Of a stretch of 64,000 bases of DNA, positions 22,923 to 33,649 are shown piece after piece. This DNA is from Vermamoeba vermiformis. Lineage: Eukaryota. The notes below the pieces were generated by a model, which saw only the letters and a list, made by a program, of their open reading frames with translations, made no database searches and was not told the DNA's origin. The stretch lies in contig JBEWZL010000238.1 of assembly GCA_045837725.1 (NCBI GenBank), positions 1 through 64,000 on the forward strand, written 5' to 3'. The position numbers and the translations under genes were made by a program. The stretch's first letter is position 1. The number at the start of each line of letters is the position of its first letter.

Positions 22923-23901
22923 GGGTGGTTTTTTACATGACAAGTTTGACAGGTGTCTACCATGAAAAATGCGAGTGAAGAGAGGAGGCATCCAGTGTTT
23001 CTGTCACATGATTCCAAGTTAATCCCTAAACCGTCTGATTTTCCGGAGTGGTTTTTAAATGTTGGAAAGCTTTCTAGAAGTGAACTTCCATACACAGAAC
23101 AAGATTATTCCTCATGCTCAATCAATTGATTTATCTTGAAATTTGTCAAAAATTGAATAGAAATTTTACTCACGTTTCGCGATTTGGCAATTTATCACTG
23201 GTTTTGGTGAAATCAATTTTTACACTTACTTAATGAAACAAAATCGAACGGATTGGTTCAGTATTTATGTTAATTAATTTAAAACTTCAAGGTAGACAAG
23301 ATCGCTTCGATAACTAGATCTGATCTCTTTAGAAAATACTTGTTTCAAAAGATTACCGTCTCTATAATTATAGTAGTGCAGGGTGACTCATTTCTATCAA
23401 ATTTATCAAGTTTCTCGCCAATCCAACAAATCAGAAAGTAGCAGCGCTGCGGATCTTTTGTTTTTATCTGTTTAAGCCCAAATAGGCACCACAAAACTAT
23501 CTATCATATATACTTGTAAATATAGAGGTCATTTCATCGCCTCAGAGCGACGAAGAACAATCCTACGGGTGATCAACTTGATCTACCCCAGCACTGAAAG
23601 ATTTGCCTTTCCGCCCCAGTACATTAACTCCGAGGTACTGTGCACCAGCAGTAAGCCTCATTTACAGATTTTAAAATAATTTCACCTGCAATAATTGCAA
23701 ACCACCACGTGACTAAAATCTGAGTCATTTGTGAGTCTGGACGCTGCACAGCTTTGCAATCCAAATCACTTCAGATTTTCCATTTCAATTCATGCTGGGA
23801 ATTTGGCACTGCCTCCTTCATGTTTCCAAGTGAAAATGGCTGCAGAAAGCCTGATCTTACTTTTCTAGAGTTTTGCAGTGTGTGGACCAAAAAAACTGCC
23901 C
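22923..23901. mobile_element. Pack-type TIR element of the same family as 4599-5016, carrying a captured gene fragment
   Basis: Ends gggtggtttttt... and ...gtggaccaaaaaaactgccc, flanked by ATAT (22919-22922, 23902-23905). Internal blocks ~22935-22970 and ~23725-23820 match 4599-5016 in inverted orientation. 22970-23121 is the reverse complement of 27763-27914. Confidence 0.8.
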
Positions 23902-24015
23902 ATATTTGTTTTTTCAGGTAACCAACCCAAGTGATTCTGAATAGACACAACTTGAATGTTGGCAAAAAGAAGGAAAATAATTATTATGTTTATAACATTT
24001 GAAAACAGTAACAAA

Positions 24016-24850
24016 CTATTTAGAACCTAAATTAGCCTCTATTTTGGATAGGGTGTCTAAGTAGTTCTGTGTGAAGATTTGGGCTGGTGGGTAAGCAATT
24101 TCAGGTTTAAAATGGGCACTCCAAGGCTTGTGGTTGCCCCAAAAATGAATTATTTTTAACCGATTTGTTTCCATCAAATACTTGACTGCATAAGAGTTAC
24201 CAAGCTGAGTTAAAAGAAAGTAAGGATAGTTAAATCCAATTGATAGCTGTTTGCATTTGGTATTTTCGTAGAAATTTAAGTAATAAGAGTTAAGCAACCC
24301 TTGGTCCCCTCCTGAGTTTATTGCCCACCCATTGGCCAGTGACTCGAGTAGCTCTTGATACACTGCTTCATTGGGTCTGATAACCATTACTCCTGAGTTG
24401 AAAAAATCCGCCATGATGTCTGGGCTTGCAGCAAATTCATGCTCAATGCTGAATAATTCATCGATATTATCAACCACAAAAGTATCTATACAAAAATTAT
24501 ACATAACAGCCTTGCTTTAATTCTTTACCTGCATCCAAGTAGACAATTCTGTCATACTTTGTTAGCTTCCATAAATTGATTTTGCTAAATACTCCTGTCA
24601 ACATTTGCCTTCTGATTTGAGCAACATATTCTCCTTTGAATGCTATATTCTCTGGCTCAGAGACAACCATTGTTTGGATTCCACTGTTGTGTAAAACACT
24701 GGTAACAGAATCCGTGACTTTATCAGTTATCAAACAAGTAAGTTGATTAAAGCTATTGCAATGTCGCTTTAAACTCTCGTTTAGGACCAAAACACCTTTC
24801 ACATAGTCATCAGTTGAGAGCAATGAAAAGAAGCCAATAGTTGTACTCAT
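24016..24850 (-). CDS. GT8 glycogenin/galactinol-synthase-like glycosyltransferase (1 intron)
   Basis: DDYVKGVLVL..SL, FSKINLWKLTKYDRIVYLDA|DTFVV, FNSGVMV, GGDQGLLN, IIHFWGNHKPW. Confidence 0.92.
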
Positions 24851-25131
24851 TTTTATCAGTAAAATAATTTCGGTTACAATTGGACAGAACAAAAGCCAGA
24901 ATTTTACTTGCTGAATTCATAAGTGTGCCTCATGATTTTTTAATTGGTCATTTTTGTAACCTTGGAGGCAAGCCAACAATTTTGGCTGATCAATGTTAAG
25001 TGAGACACGCTCAATTAGTGGTCTAAGTTCCTGTGTTTATTCCACGTTAATTTTCGGAATGGATGCACGCTGATTCAAAGGACCATGTTGATATAAACAG
25101 TTTATTACATAACACATTGGCCATGTAATAT

Positions 25132-25968
25132 TTATTTAGATAATGAAAAAGTGACTTCAGTAATCGGTTTTTTTTCCACCAAGTATTGCTCTGTAGCCTG
25201 TGAATCTACCCAACTTGCCATCCAATAATGAACTGCAAATGGTTCATTTGGCAAGTTCTTAGCCCTCAATATGCTGTGAACACTTTCAAGAGCGTTCATA
25301 TCATGCTTGAATTTTGGAAGGACTGCTTCATTCCATGACAATGGAAACAAATATTCTGAAGGAATTACAAATATCTCTGACATCCTTTCTTTTGGAAACT
25401 GTTTGAGGGACCTAGTCAGAACAAATGGACCAGTTCTTTTCATCACTTCCTCAACTGCTTTGAGACTCTCTGGCCATGAAAAGACTCCATCATGTTCTCT
25501 TTTTAATTCATTAAAAACAATCTGCCAAAATGGGTGTTTGGGCACTGAAACTAAGAAGTTATTTTCATGAGATTCTGGACTTTCTAACAAAGTCTTATTA
25601 TCACTGCATTCAGCAGGGAAAGCAACTTGTGCTCCCTTGAAAAGTAACAGCAAGTCATCAATTCCTTTCAAACATTCAAAGTCCATATCAATAAACACTC
25701 CACCATAATAATAAATGGCAAAGTATCTGAAGAAGTCCACTTTATAGATCCAATGATTGTATGAAAGGTACAACTCAAGGTACTCAGGAAAGTTGTCTCT
25801 GATAAATTTCTCCATTCCTTTTTCCTCCCATTGCATTAGTTTCCATCCAGGGTTTTTGTCCTTCCATGTTTGGGAAAGACTCTCAAAGAGTGGAGGAGGA
25901 GCTCCTTGAAACCATATTTGGTGAAACAATTTTGGAATTGGCGCTTGAACACTCATGGCACTAGGCAA
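25132..25968 (-). CDS. GT32 (DXD, Och1/Sur1-like) glycosyltransferase
   Basis: IPKLFHQIW, DFFRYFAIYYYGGVFIDMD, PKHPFW, TGP, HYWMASW. Confidence 0.92.
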   Translation of the reverse strand: MPSAMSVQAPIPKLFHQIWFQGAPPPLFESLSQTWKDKNPGWKLMQWEEKGMEKFIRDNFPEYLELYLSYNHWIYKVDFFRYFAIYYYGGVFIDMDFECLKGIDDLLLLFKGAQVAFPAECSDNKTLLESPESHENNFLVSVPKHPFWQIVFNELKREHDGVFSWPESLKAVEEVMKRTGPFVLTRSLKQFPKERMSEIFVIPSEYLFPLSWNEAVLPKFKHDMNALESVHSILRAKNLPNEPFAVHYWMASWVDSQATEQYLVEKKPITEVTFSLSK

Positions 25969-26060
25969 TTTTACAATACAACTTTACCTTTTAGATTTTT
26001 AGGCATTTACTCAAAAACATTTTACCCTGATTGCTTATTAACAAATTTGGTAATAATTTT

Positions 26061-26113
26061 GCAAGACTATCACATCCCAAAAAAAAAAACAAATGAATTT
26101 TATTTAAAAATTG
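26061..26113 (-). repeat. Inverted partial copy of the 6305/11086 repeat
   Basis: gcaagactatcacatccc...ttttatttaaaaattg is the reverse complement of the repeat's 3' half. Confidence 0.7.
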
Positions 26114-26541
26114 CAAACTTACAGAAAGAACGGATAAAATTACTTGTTTTGATGTCTGGTCAAATATTTTATGACCTTTTGACCATTTTTGTAATCACTC
26201 TAGAAATTATTGTCAACTGAGACACATAACGAGTTTGGTTTGCCAATGAATTTAACTCTGGCGAAATTAAATTATATACATTTGAATCCAAATTACTCCT
26301 CTTTGGGGTCCTTGATGAAATTAACTGTCTGTGAGAATTCTGCAAGATTTCCTGTGTACTTACTAGTTTTGCCAAAGTTGCAAATTCTTAATAACTATTA
26401 ATAATAACGATGCTGTGAAAGATATGACAGTATCTGAGCAAGTACACGTGATTTTAAAACGGATCTTGAGTTCTTCTTTATTATAATATACACTTCTTGC
26501 TTACAACTTGTTTATTTTCACTCGGAAAACACGAAGCACAA

Positions 26542-26949
26542 TTATGAGTCTTGAGTTTGAGAGCTCATGGCTGTTGAATTCGTAACAGAAGTTACTGAGT
26601 TATTAACTCTCTTATTCCAGATAACAGACAGGAGGAGCAGTCCAATTACAAGAAAATACATTATACCAAAAATGACTAATACAGCTACAGATCCTTGTGA
26701 AATTGCATTGAGTGGGAGTACATCTCCTCTAATTTCATAATAGCAATTACCACCAGTGGCATTGCAAAAGGTCCCAGGGAGCTTTGTGTTACAATCCTCA
26801 GTGGCCACACAAGGACCACATTGATTTGAGAGGCAGCTAGGCAAGAATACAGGACAAGTCTCTGAAGTAGCGCACGGTATAATGGGTGGCCCTTGAGACA
26901 GAGAGTTGGCAATGTAACAAACAAATAATAAACTTGATAGAAGTTTCAT
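26542..26949 (-). CDS. Small type-I membrane protein with a Cys-rich ectodomain
   Basis: Signal peptide, about 8 Cys, one TM helix, Ser/Thr-rich tail. Confidence 0.7.
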   Translation of the reverse strand: MKLLSSLLFVCYIANSLSQGPPIIPCATSETCPVFLPSCLSNQCGPCVATEDCNTKLPGTFCNATGGNCYYEIRGDVLPLNAISQGSVAVLVIFGIMYFLVIGLLLLSVIWNKRVNNSVTSVTNSTAMSSQTQDS

Positions 26950-27071
26950 TTTTTTATGCTTTTATATGTTGTGTATGACAATTTGATTTTGGATAAAAAT
27001 GTTTCACCAGCAAAAAAAAAACTTTTCAATGGGGACTATTTAGAACGTATTGTTAGACATTATTAATTGAG

Positions 27072-28815
27072 CTATTCGCTTAATCCCAAGAATTTCATCA
27101 TTTTGTCCAGCACTTGCTCCTCTCCCTTTAACTCTCCAAATTCTGGTTGTGGAATTGAATAAAGATCATTCATCTAATATGAAAATTTTCTAATTAGTTT
27201 CAAGATCTATGCAGCTGCTTGCAAGACCTACACTAACAAACTTATCATGCAACATTGTGTAGGCATTCTGAATTTCAGCATTTTCTATCTCTTGATATGG
27301 AATGTAATCTGCCAACTGCAGTCGAGTCAATCGCTTTGCCCAAACAAGCTGCTCCCCAAAAAAAGGGAAACACAGAGTTAAAGATCCCCTCTTGCGAGAT
27401 TCTGAGGTATGACCAGACCCACATTGGTGAATCACCCACTATTACGATATTAAACCACAATAGATGCTGGTTGCATTAAATTACCTTCATACTTGGAAAC
27501 ACTTTGGAGTGAGGAACATCAGGCAATGCCAAAAATGATTCTGGGACCCAGTGACTTTTTACGATGTCCATATCAAAGCTTTTTTCCAGAAGAATAGCAC
27601 TCAAATTAAACTCTTTTAGCAACTGGCCCATCAAAAGTGAAAACTTAGTTTTGTTGTATCCTTGCATACTCCCCAGTCCTTATCACTTAGTTAGGATTAA
27701 GAGAATATAAAATTTTTGATTACCAATATATATTGTCCCATTAGCTCGCTTGTTGATGAAGTTTGAGCATGAGGAATAATCTTGTTCTGTGTATGGAAGT
27801 TCACTTCTAGAAAGCTTTCCAACATTTAAAAACCACTCCGGAAAATCAGACGGTTTAGGGATTAACTTGGAATCATGTGACAGAAACACTGGATGCCTCC
27901 TCTCTTCACTCGCAGAAACAAAAGAAAAAAAAGACTTGGGCTCTCTACTATGAGCTACTAACCATTTGTTAATAGGCTCTATCTAGTTCAAAATGTTAGC
28001 CAATGCTGATTAGCTTCAAACCCTACAGCACGCCGGGAGAAAATAAATTTTCCAGGTAAATAAGACAACCAATTGAAAAAACGTCCATAATCTTTCAATT
28101 CCCCTTCTAAAAAGAGAAAATCTGCCATGTTTGTGGAGGAATAATAGGGCATGAAAGCAACCACAAAAAGAGGAATGTTGAAGTGTTTGGCAAATTCACG
28201 AGCACAGCCCTGCACGACTGATAGTTGTCAGACAAGATATTGAACTCAAGGATTGCTAATTTTACCATAATTTGCTAGTATAACATCAGTTTTTATGGGG
28301 ATTTTCTCCCAAGCCTCCAACCATTGCAGAGTCAAATTTCCCCAATAGTCTGCAAGGTATAAATTCCCCTCAAAAGCTGTTTTTTGTAACAGGATAGCTG
28401 CTAGAGATTCTGAATTATCATCAGGCATTACATAATTGTGCAAACCTAGGAAAGAGAAGTTAATTTAATAGAGATTAATCAACATTTACCGTGATCTAGG
28501 ATGAATTTCCGATGATGTTTGACTGCAGCTATTGTTACATTAAACCCTTTATCAGAAAGCTCTTAATACCTGCTGTTTAGTTAAAAAGTGGTTTTTACCA
28601 GCTCCTTTTAGCTTTTGTCCCAACCCAATAAATGGTTCAATATCCCCTCTAGTTCCCCATGTGAATACAACAATATTTTGAGGCTTATGGACTGACAAAG
28701 GCATCCACATAAAAACCTCTTGTTGGGTATCAAGTAAAAACCAACCATAAAGACTGATTACCAAAGCTGCAATTATCACAGAGAAAACAAATAGAAGGGT
28801 CTGCACTATCTTCAT
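27072..28815 (-). CDS. GT1 sterol-glucosyltransferase-like glycosyltransferase, multi-exon
   Basis: IVVFTWGTRGDIEPFIGLG, PKPSDFPEW..VG, VPHSKVFP, IHQCGSGHT, PFFGEQLVWA. The 3' end is approximate. Confidence 0.85.
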
Positions 28816-28988
28816 GCTGCCCAATTTTTAGATTAGATTTCAAAGCTTGGATCAAAGCTCCTAATGTTAAGGGTAATTTTCAGTGTTTCAATATTTTTTT
28901 TGGACATGAAGTTGTGGGTAAAAAACTTCCAGTGAGCAAAACCTTATTCTAGAAATAGCCCAAAGGACCACACAAAATAGGTGCACCT

Positions 28989-30670
28989 ATGCCCTTGCAC
29001 GTTTTCTTAAAAAAACTTAAGGCAGCTTTCACAGTAATCTGGACTATTATTTTGTATTACTGGTTTTTCTCTTGGAAAGTCTACTTCCAGAAAAAGTCTA
29101 GGGTGAACAAAACCATTCATAAAGTTGGAGTCATTGGTGCAGGGAGCTCCGGTCTAATTACAGCCAAGCTATTACAAGAAAAAGGCTTTCAAGTCACAGT
29201 ATTTGAGTCAACAGATAATGTTGGGGGGTTATGGAATGTTCCCCATTCAAAAGCAGCGATAAATGAGGAGTATCAGTCTCCAGCATGGAGGGGGCTTCAC
29301 TCTAATACCAGCACAATTGTAAGAGCCCCATTATTACTTCTATCTAAACTAACATAAGGTAGTTAACACATTTCCACGGCTTTGCTATTAAATGCAATGA
29401 GTTGACCAATATCCCTGCAAAGAAAATACACCAATATCTTGAAGAGTTTTCTCGAACAAACAATTTAAATATCTTGTTCAACCATAAAGTTACAAGAATT
29501 GAGAAGGAAAATGAGAAATGGGTAGTGCATTGCAAAATTGGATCAGCAGTGAAAAGTGAAGATTTTGATGCAGTTGCTGTCTGCTGTGGAACATCATGGA
29601 AGCCGTTTATCCCTGCAATCCCTGGAATGGATAAATTCACAGGAAAAGTTTGCCATTCAGCTGACTACCAAGATAATGCAGAATTTAAAGATAAGAAATG
29701 TTTAATTGTTGGGCTTGGAACATCTGCATGTGACATTGCTACAGATGTTGCCCAAGTGGCAAAGCAAACAGATGTCTACGCAAAGCAAGGTATGATATAA
29801 TGTTAGATGTTACTGCTTCTAATCATTCATAGCAAGGAGAATGATGCCAGTTGAAGGCCACAACAATGTTCCTACATTAAACTACATGACATTAGCCTCC
29901 TTCTTACAATTTTTGGCCTACCAAAAGTTGTCATTTCTTCCTTACTTCAAGAGAAAGTGCTATTACAATTTTTGGAAAGTGCCTGGAATCGATATTGTGG
30001 AAGGTAAAGAACATTAGCTCACATCTCTGATTGGTTTTAAACTCTTGCTGCAGAAAGAGGATCAGTGCTGTACAGAAAGGAATTCAGGAAACTTGTGGAA
30101 GAAAAAACAATTGCTTTGATTGGGGGTCCATCTATCTCCATCAATAAGAACATAGTTTCTTTCAGTGGGGACAAGGCAAAAGAGTACGATTGCATTATCC
30201 TAGCAACTGGATTCAAACCATACCTGCCATTCATACAATGGGAACTGTTTGAAAACAAATATCTTGACATTTTTAGCTGCAAAGACACATCTTTGTGCTT
30301 TGTTGGAATGACCCAAAAAGTTCCAGGACAATTTTTACATGCTGGTAAGTACTTCATCTTTGCACAAGAGATGCAAACTGACTATTTTTAAAAATAGAAA
30401 TTCAAGCACTCTTAGTAGCTGCTTATTGGTCAAAGAAGATTGCATTGCCAGTTACTGAGAGGTAAAACCCGACTCTCACTTTGCCTATCTAACTAACTTT
30501 TTGCATTTAGAACCAATAGTGTTGGAGAATCTTTCAATTTCATTGGATATTATGAATTAATTGCAGCTCATCTTGGACTTGCACTTCACAACATGAAACT
30601 TAACAAACTCAAAAAATTGTTGTTCTCTACATATGGAATCCATAGATTTTACAAAGACAGCACAGAATAA
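28989..30670 (+). CDS. Flavin-containing monooxygenase (FMO family), spliced
   Basis: VIGAGSSGL, GGLW, FTGKVCHSADY (FxGxxxHxxxY), GLGTSACD, IILATGF. Confidence 0.92.
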
Positions 30671-30781
30671 AAATTCATTTGTCCACTCACCAGCTTGCTG
30701 TAGATATTACAGAAACCAACATAAAAAATAAAATATTTTGGAAGGAGCCAAAAGAGTTTATTTATTACATGAGAAACGAAT

Positions 30782-31735
30782 ATGTCAGCATTTTTGGAAA
30801 ACCAAAGAGAGCTCATCCTTCAATTCTTCAAAAAAAACCTGGCCAATGTAAAATATGTTTGCATTCCTGACCCACCCTGTTATGAAAACAAAGGAGATAG
30901 TGCCATCTACCTTGGAGAAATTGCATTATTGGAAAAACTAGGGATAGAGTTAGTTCCATGGGATGATTCAAGAGTACAACTTGTAATGCTAACTGGAGGT
31001 GGAAATTTTGGAGACCTTTGGCCAGATGTTCATTTTGCTAGGAAGATTTTTGTAAAAATTTTAGCAGACAAGCCAATTATTATAGCCCCTCAAACGGTGT
31101 TCTACAGAAACAGCTCCACGCTTGCTGATGATGATTCATGGCTGAGCAAGACCCTTAATTCTGGTTTTCTTTTCTGTGTTAGAGATGAACGTTCCTTCTC
31201 AGAAAGTAAAAAATTCTCATGTGCCAGTGCACACTTGTTACCTGATATGGCCTTTATGCTGGATCTCCCAAAGAGTCTAACCCCACCACTTTATGATGTC
31301 ATAGTTCTAGCACGCACTGATTTGGAACGAACTAATGCTGGCCTGTGGGAGAGCAAAGAAAACCTTTCTCAAAAATTTAATGAACATGGAATTTCATATT
31401 TCATCACTGATTGGAGAGAACCGACAACTGATGAGCCATGTTCTGGACAAGATATCTTTCTTAATCCAGCGAAAATTGTTGAACAAACAAAACGGTTGGC
31501 CAAGCACAGGGTGGAACATGCAACTGCACTGCTATCAAAAGGCAAAATTGTTTTAACAGACAGACTTCATGGCCATATACTGGCAACATTATTAGGCAAA
31601 AAGAATATTGTTTTAGATAACAGCTATGGTAAGGTCTCTGCTTATATCCAAAAATGGACCTGCTCCAGTGAGGAAGTTCGGTTGGTCACCTCTGTTGAAG
31701 AAGCTGTTTCTGAAGTAGTGAAAGAATTGATGTAA
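30782..31735 (+). CDS. Polysaccharide pyruvyltransferase (Pvg1/EpsO-like), intronless
   Basis: NKGDSAI, GGGNFGD, PQT, VRD, PDMAF, TDRLHGHI, DNSYGK. Confidence 0.92.
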   Translation: MSAFLENQRELILQFFKKNLANVKYVCIPDPPCYENKGDSAIYLGEIALLEKLGIELVPWDDSRVQLVMLTGGGNFGDLWPDVHFARKIFVKILADKPIIIAPQTVFYRNSSTLADDDSWLSKTLNSGFLFCVRDERSFSESKKFSCASAHLLPDMAFMLDLPKSLTPPLYDVIVLARTDLERTNAGLWESKENLSQKFNEHGISYFITDWREPTTDEPCSGQDIFLNPAKIVEQTKRLAKHRVEHATALLSKGKIVLTDRLHGHILATLLGKKNIVLDNSYGKVSAYIQKWTCSSEEVRLVTSVEEAVSEVVKELM

Positions 31736-33199
31736 ATGACATGGGAAATTAAACCACAATATACCACTGATGATTAATAAACACAAGCAAAGTTAACCTA
31801 AAAGAAAATTGCTCATTTTTTGAAAAATCCAATTGCGAGCATTTATAGTGCACCAATATGACAAGAACAGTGATCTCACAATCACCCTGTGATTTTAAAT
31901 TTTTACCACACGGAGACTTCATGCAATGAACCAAAATTTTGCAGTTAAAGTTAACTATGAAGACTATATTTTAATTAGTTATTTTAGTTTTATATTTTTA
32001 ATTAAATTAAGTTTTATTATTATTAATTAGTTTTTTTGACCTGTTTCATGAAAAAAATAGGTTCACAAAAAAAAAAACCAAAGAGCTGGCAATTCATTTA
32101 GGTGAGCCGTAAATTGAGACAAGTGCCAACCAACTAACATTGAGGATGTGAATCAAATTTGAGGGACTTGGTGATATGTTGCACCATTAGATCATTGTTG
32201 GGCAATAATTAACAATGTGCACGTAATTTTTGCTCACCTACGCTCTATGTTGTTGTGTGGCCACATGTCTTGCATAAGGTGGGAATACAACAGTTGAAAG
32301 GTTACCAGACTCAACACAGGACTAATCTGCAACATGACATCTCCTCCATGGGATAGTGTTTGCAAGTGATGATTGCCATAAGACAGGCACAAGTATCTTG
32401 CATTTATTAACCAAATACAAGAAAAAATTAAGTAATTGACTCCTGTGTATTTGGCACACCAATATATCTAATGTGATGGGTGTGAGGGTTGATGTGCTGA
32501 TCTTAAATCTTGCAATTGGAATTTCCATTTCTTATTGTTCCACACTTAAATACACTTCAATTAACTTCATTCTGGCCTGTTGTTGCTTGCATTACTCTGC
32601 AACTACAGCATCTCAGCTAATGATGCTTGTGTTATGCAGTGATTGAAGCGGACATGACCTGGATGTAGTGAGGAGGACCAATTCAAGCATCCACAGATTG
32701 CTAGCAGTTTGTCTGGGGTTGGTGGGGCCTTTGGCATAGGTCCATATTGCTGATAATGACACCTGCCATAGTGCTTGACATGAGGTGCTTGTCCACTTGA
32801 GTGGTCAGCAAAAAGATCAATCTTGTAACACTTTCACACAGAAGGTAAAACAACATTAATAGCTGTAGGTCAATATACATATTAATTTCGTGCTTAATAC
32901 TACCCTCCACTAACAGCAGGACCAATTATAGTAATTTATTTAGATATAGATGTCAAAGATGTAGTTGTAACCATATATAAATTGGTAATAATTCATACTT
33001 TTAAGTTTTTAACAGTATTTGTACTAATAAATTTAACGTTTCAGATTGCGGATCGAATTCGTGCAGACTTGCTCCCATATATTCGTAAGTACTACTACTG
33101 CAGTATTTGGTGAAAAATAAAATATAGTAATGCATTTAAGGCATTAACAATACTAACTATAATTTTCTAATGCCTTAAATGCTCAGAATCTTCGCCGCT

Positions 33200-33237
33200 C
33201 AGCACTTCTAAAAATGCCGACCTTTTACACCACAGTG
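33200..33237 (-). mobile_element. Candidate right terminus (Transib-like TIR, 5'-CACTGTGG) of the large island
   Basis: The minus strand reads CACTGTGGTGTAAAAGGTCGGC at the compositional boundary. A 15-bp perfect inverted repeat lies at 33132-33182. The partner end is not in the window. Confidence 0.4.
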
Positions 33238-33649
33238 ATGACTACACAAGTCGTTCTTTTTCCCTTTCATTCTTTGTTTCGTTCTTGATTTAACAAGCGC
33301 CGCATCTCTTGTTGGTTGTGGCAGTTTGGCGGTTATTCAGTAATTGTTACAAATTGTTTATGAAAGTCATTTTTAATCATTAAGGAGCAATAATATTGAT
33401 ACGACGTAACCCAGTGCGCAATCAAGAGCCGCCTGTTGTGCAATAAAAAATGAATGGTAGTATTATGGACTCATTTGGGAGTTATACGAGCAATTACCCT
33501 TGTAGACGGCAAATTTGACCGTGCAGTACTCTGATTGTTTGATTTTCGTGCGGTTATAATAAATGTATCTTTACTGCTCTCCATCGACCATCACGAGGCA
33601 CGTACTCCGAATTTTGTTTTATAAACGTAAAGTTAAGTAAAAACAAAAA

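Noticed and set aside
22763-23095. 110-aa ORF with CxxC
   Set aside because: It reads through the captured GT fragment antisense and the MITE end, so it is a chimeric artefact.
32100-33120. Gene at the island's right edge
   Set aside because: Only tiny exon-like pieces (e.g. IADRIRADLLPYI) are visible and no coherent product can be supported.
1-33237. Bacterial contaminant or endogenous giant virus
   Set aside because: Many island genes have spliceosomal introns and no viral hallmark gene (capsid, packaging ATPase, PolB) is visible. A viral or bacterial origin of individual genes is not excluded.
33231-33270. True V(D)J recombination signal sequence
   Set aside because: The CACAGTG heptamer has no ACAAAAACC-like nonamer at 12 or 23 nt spacing. 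It is treated only as a possible TIR end.
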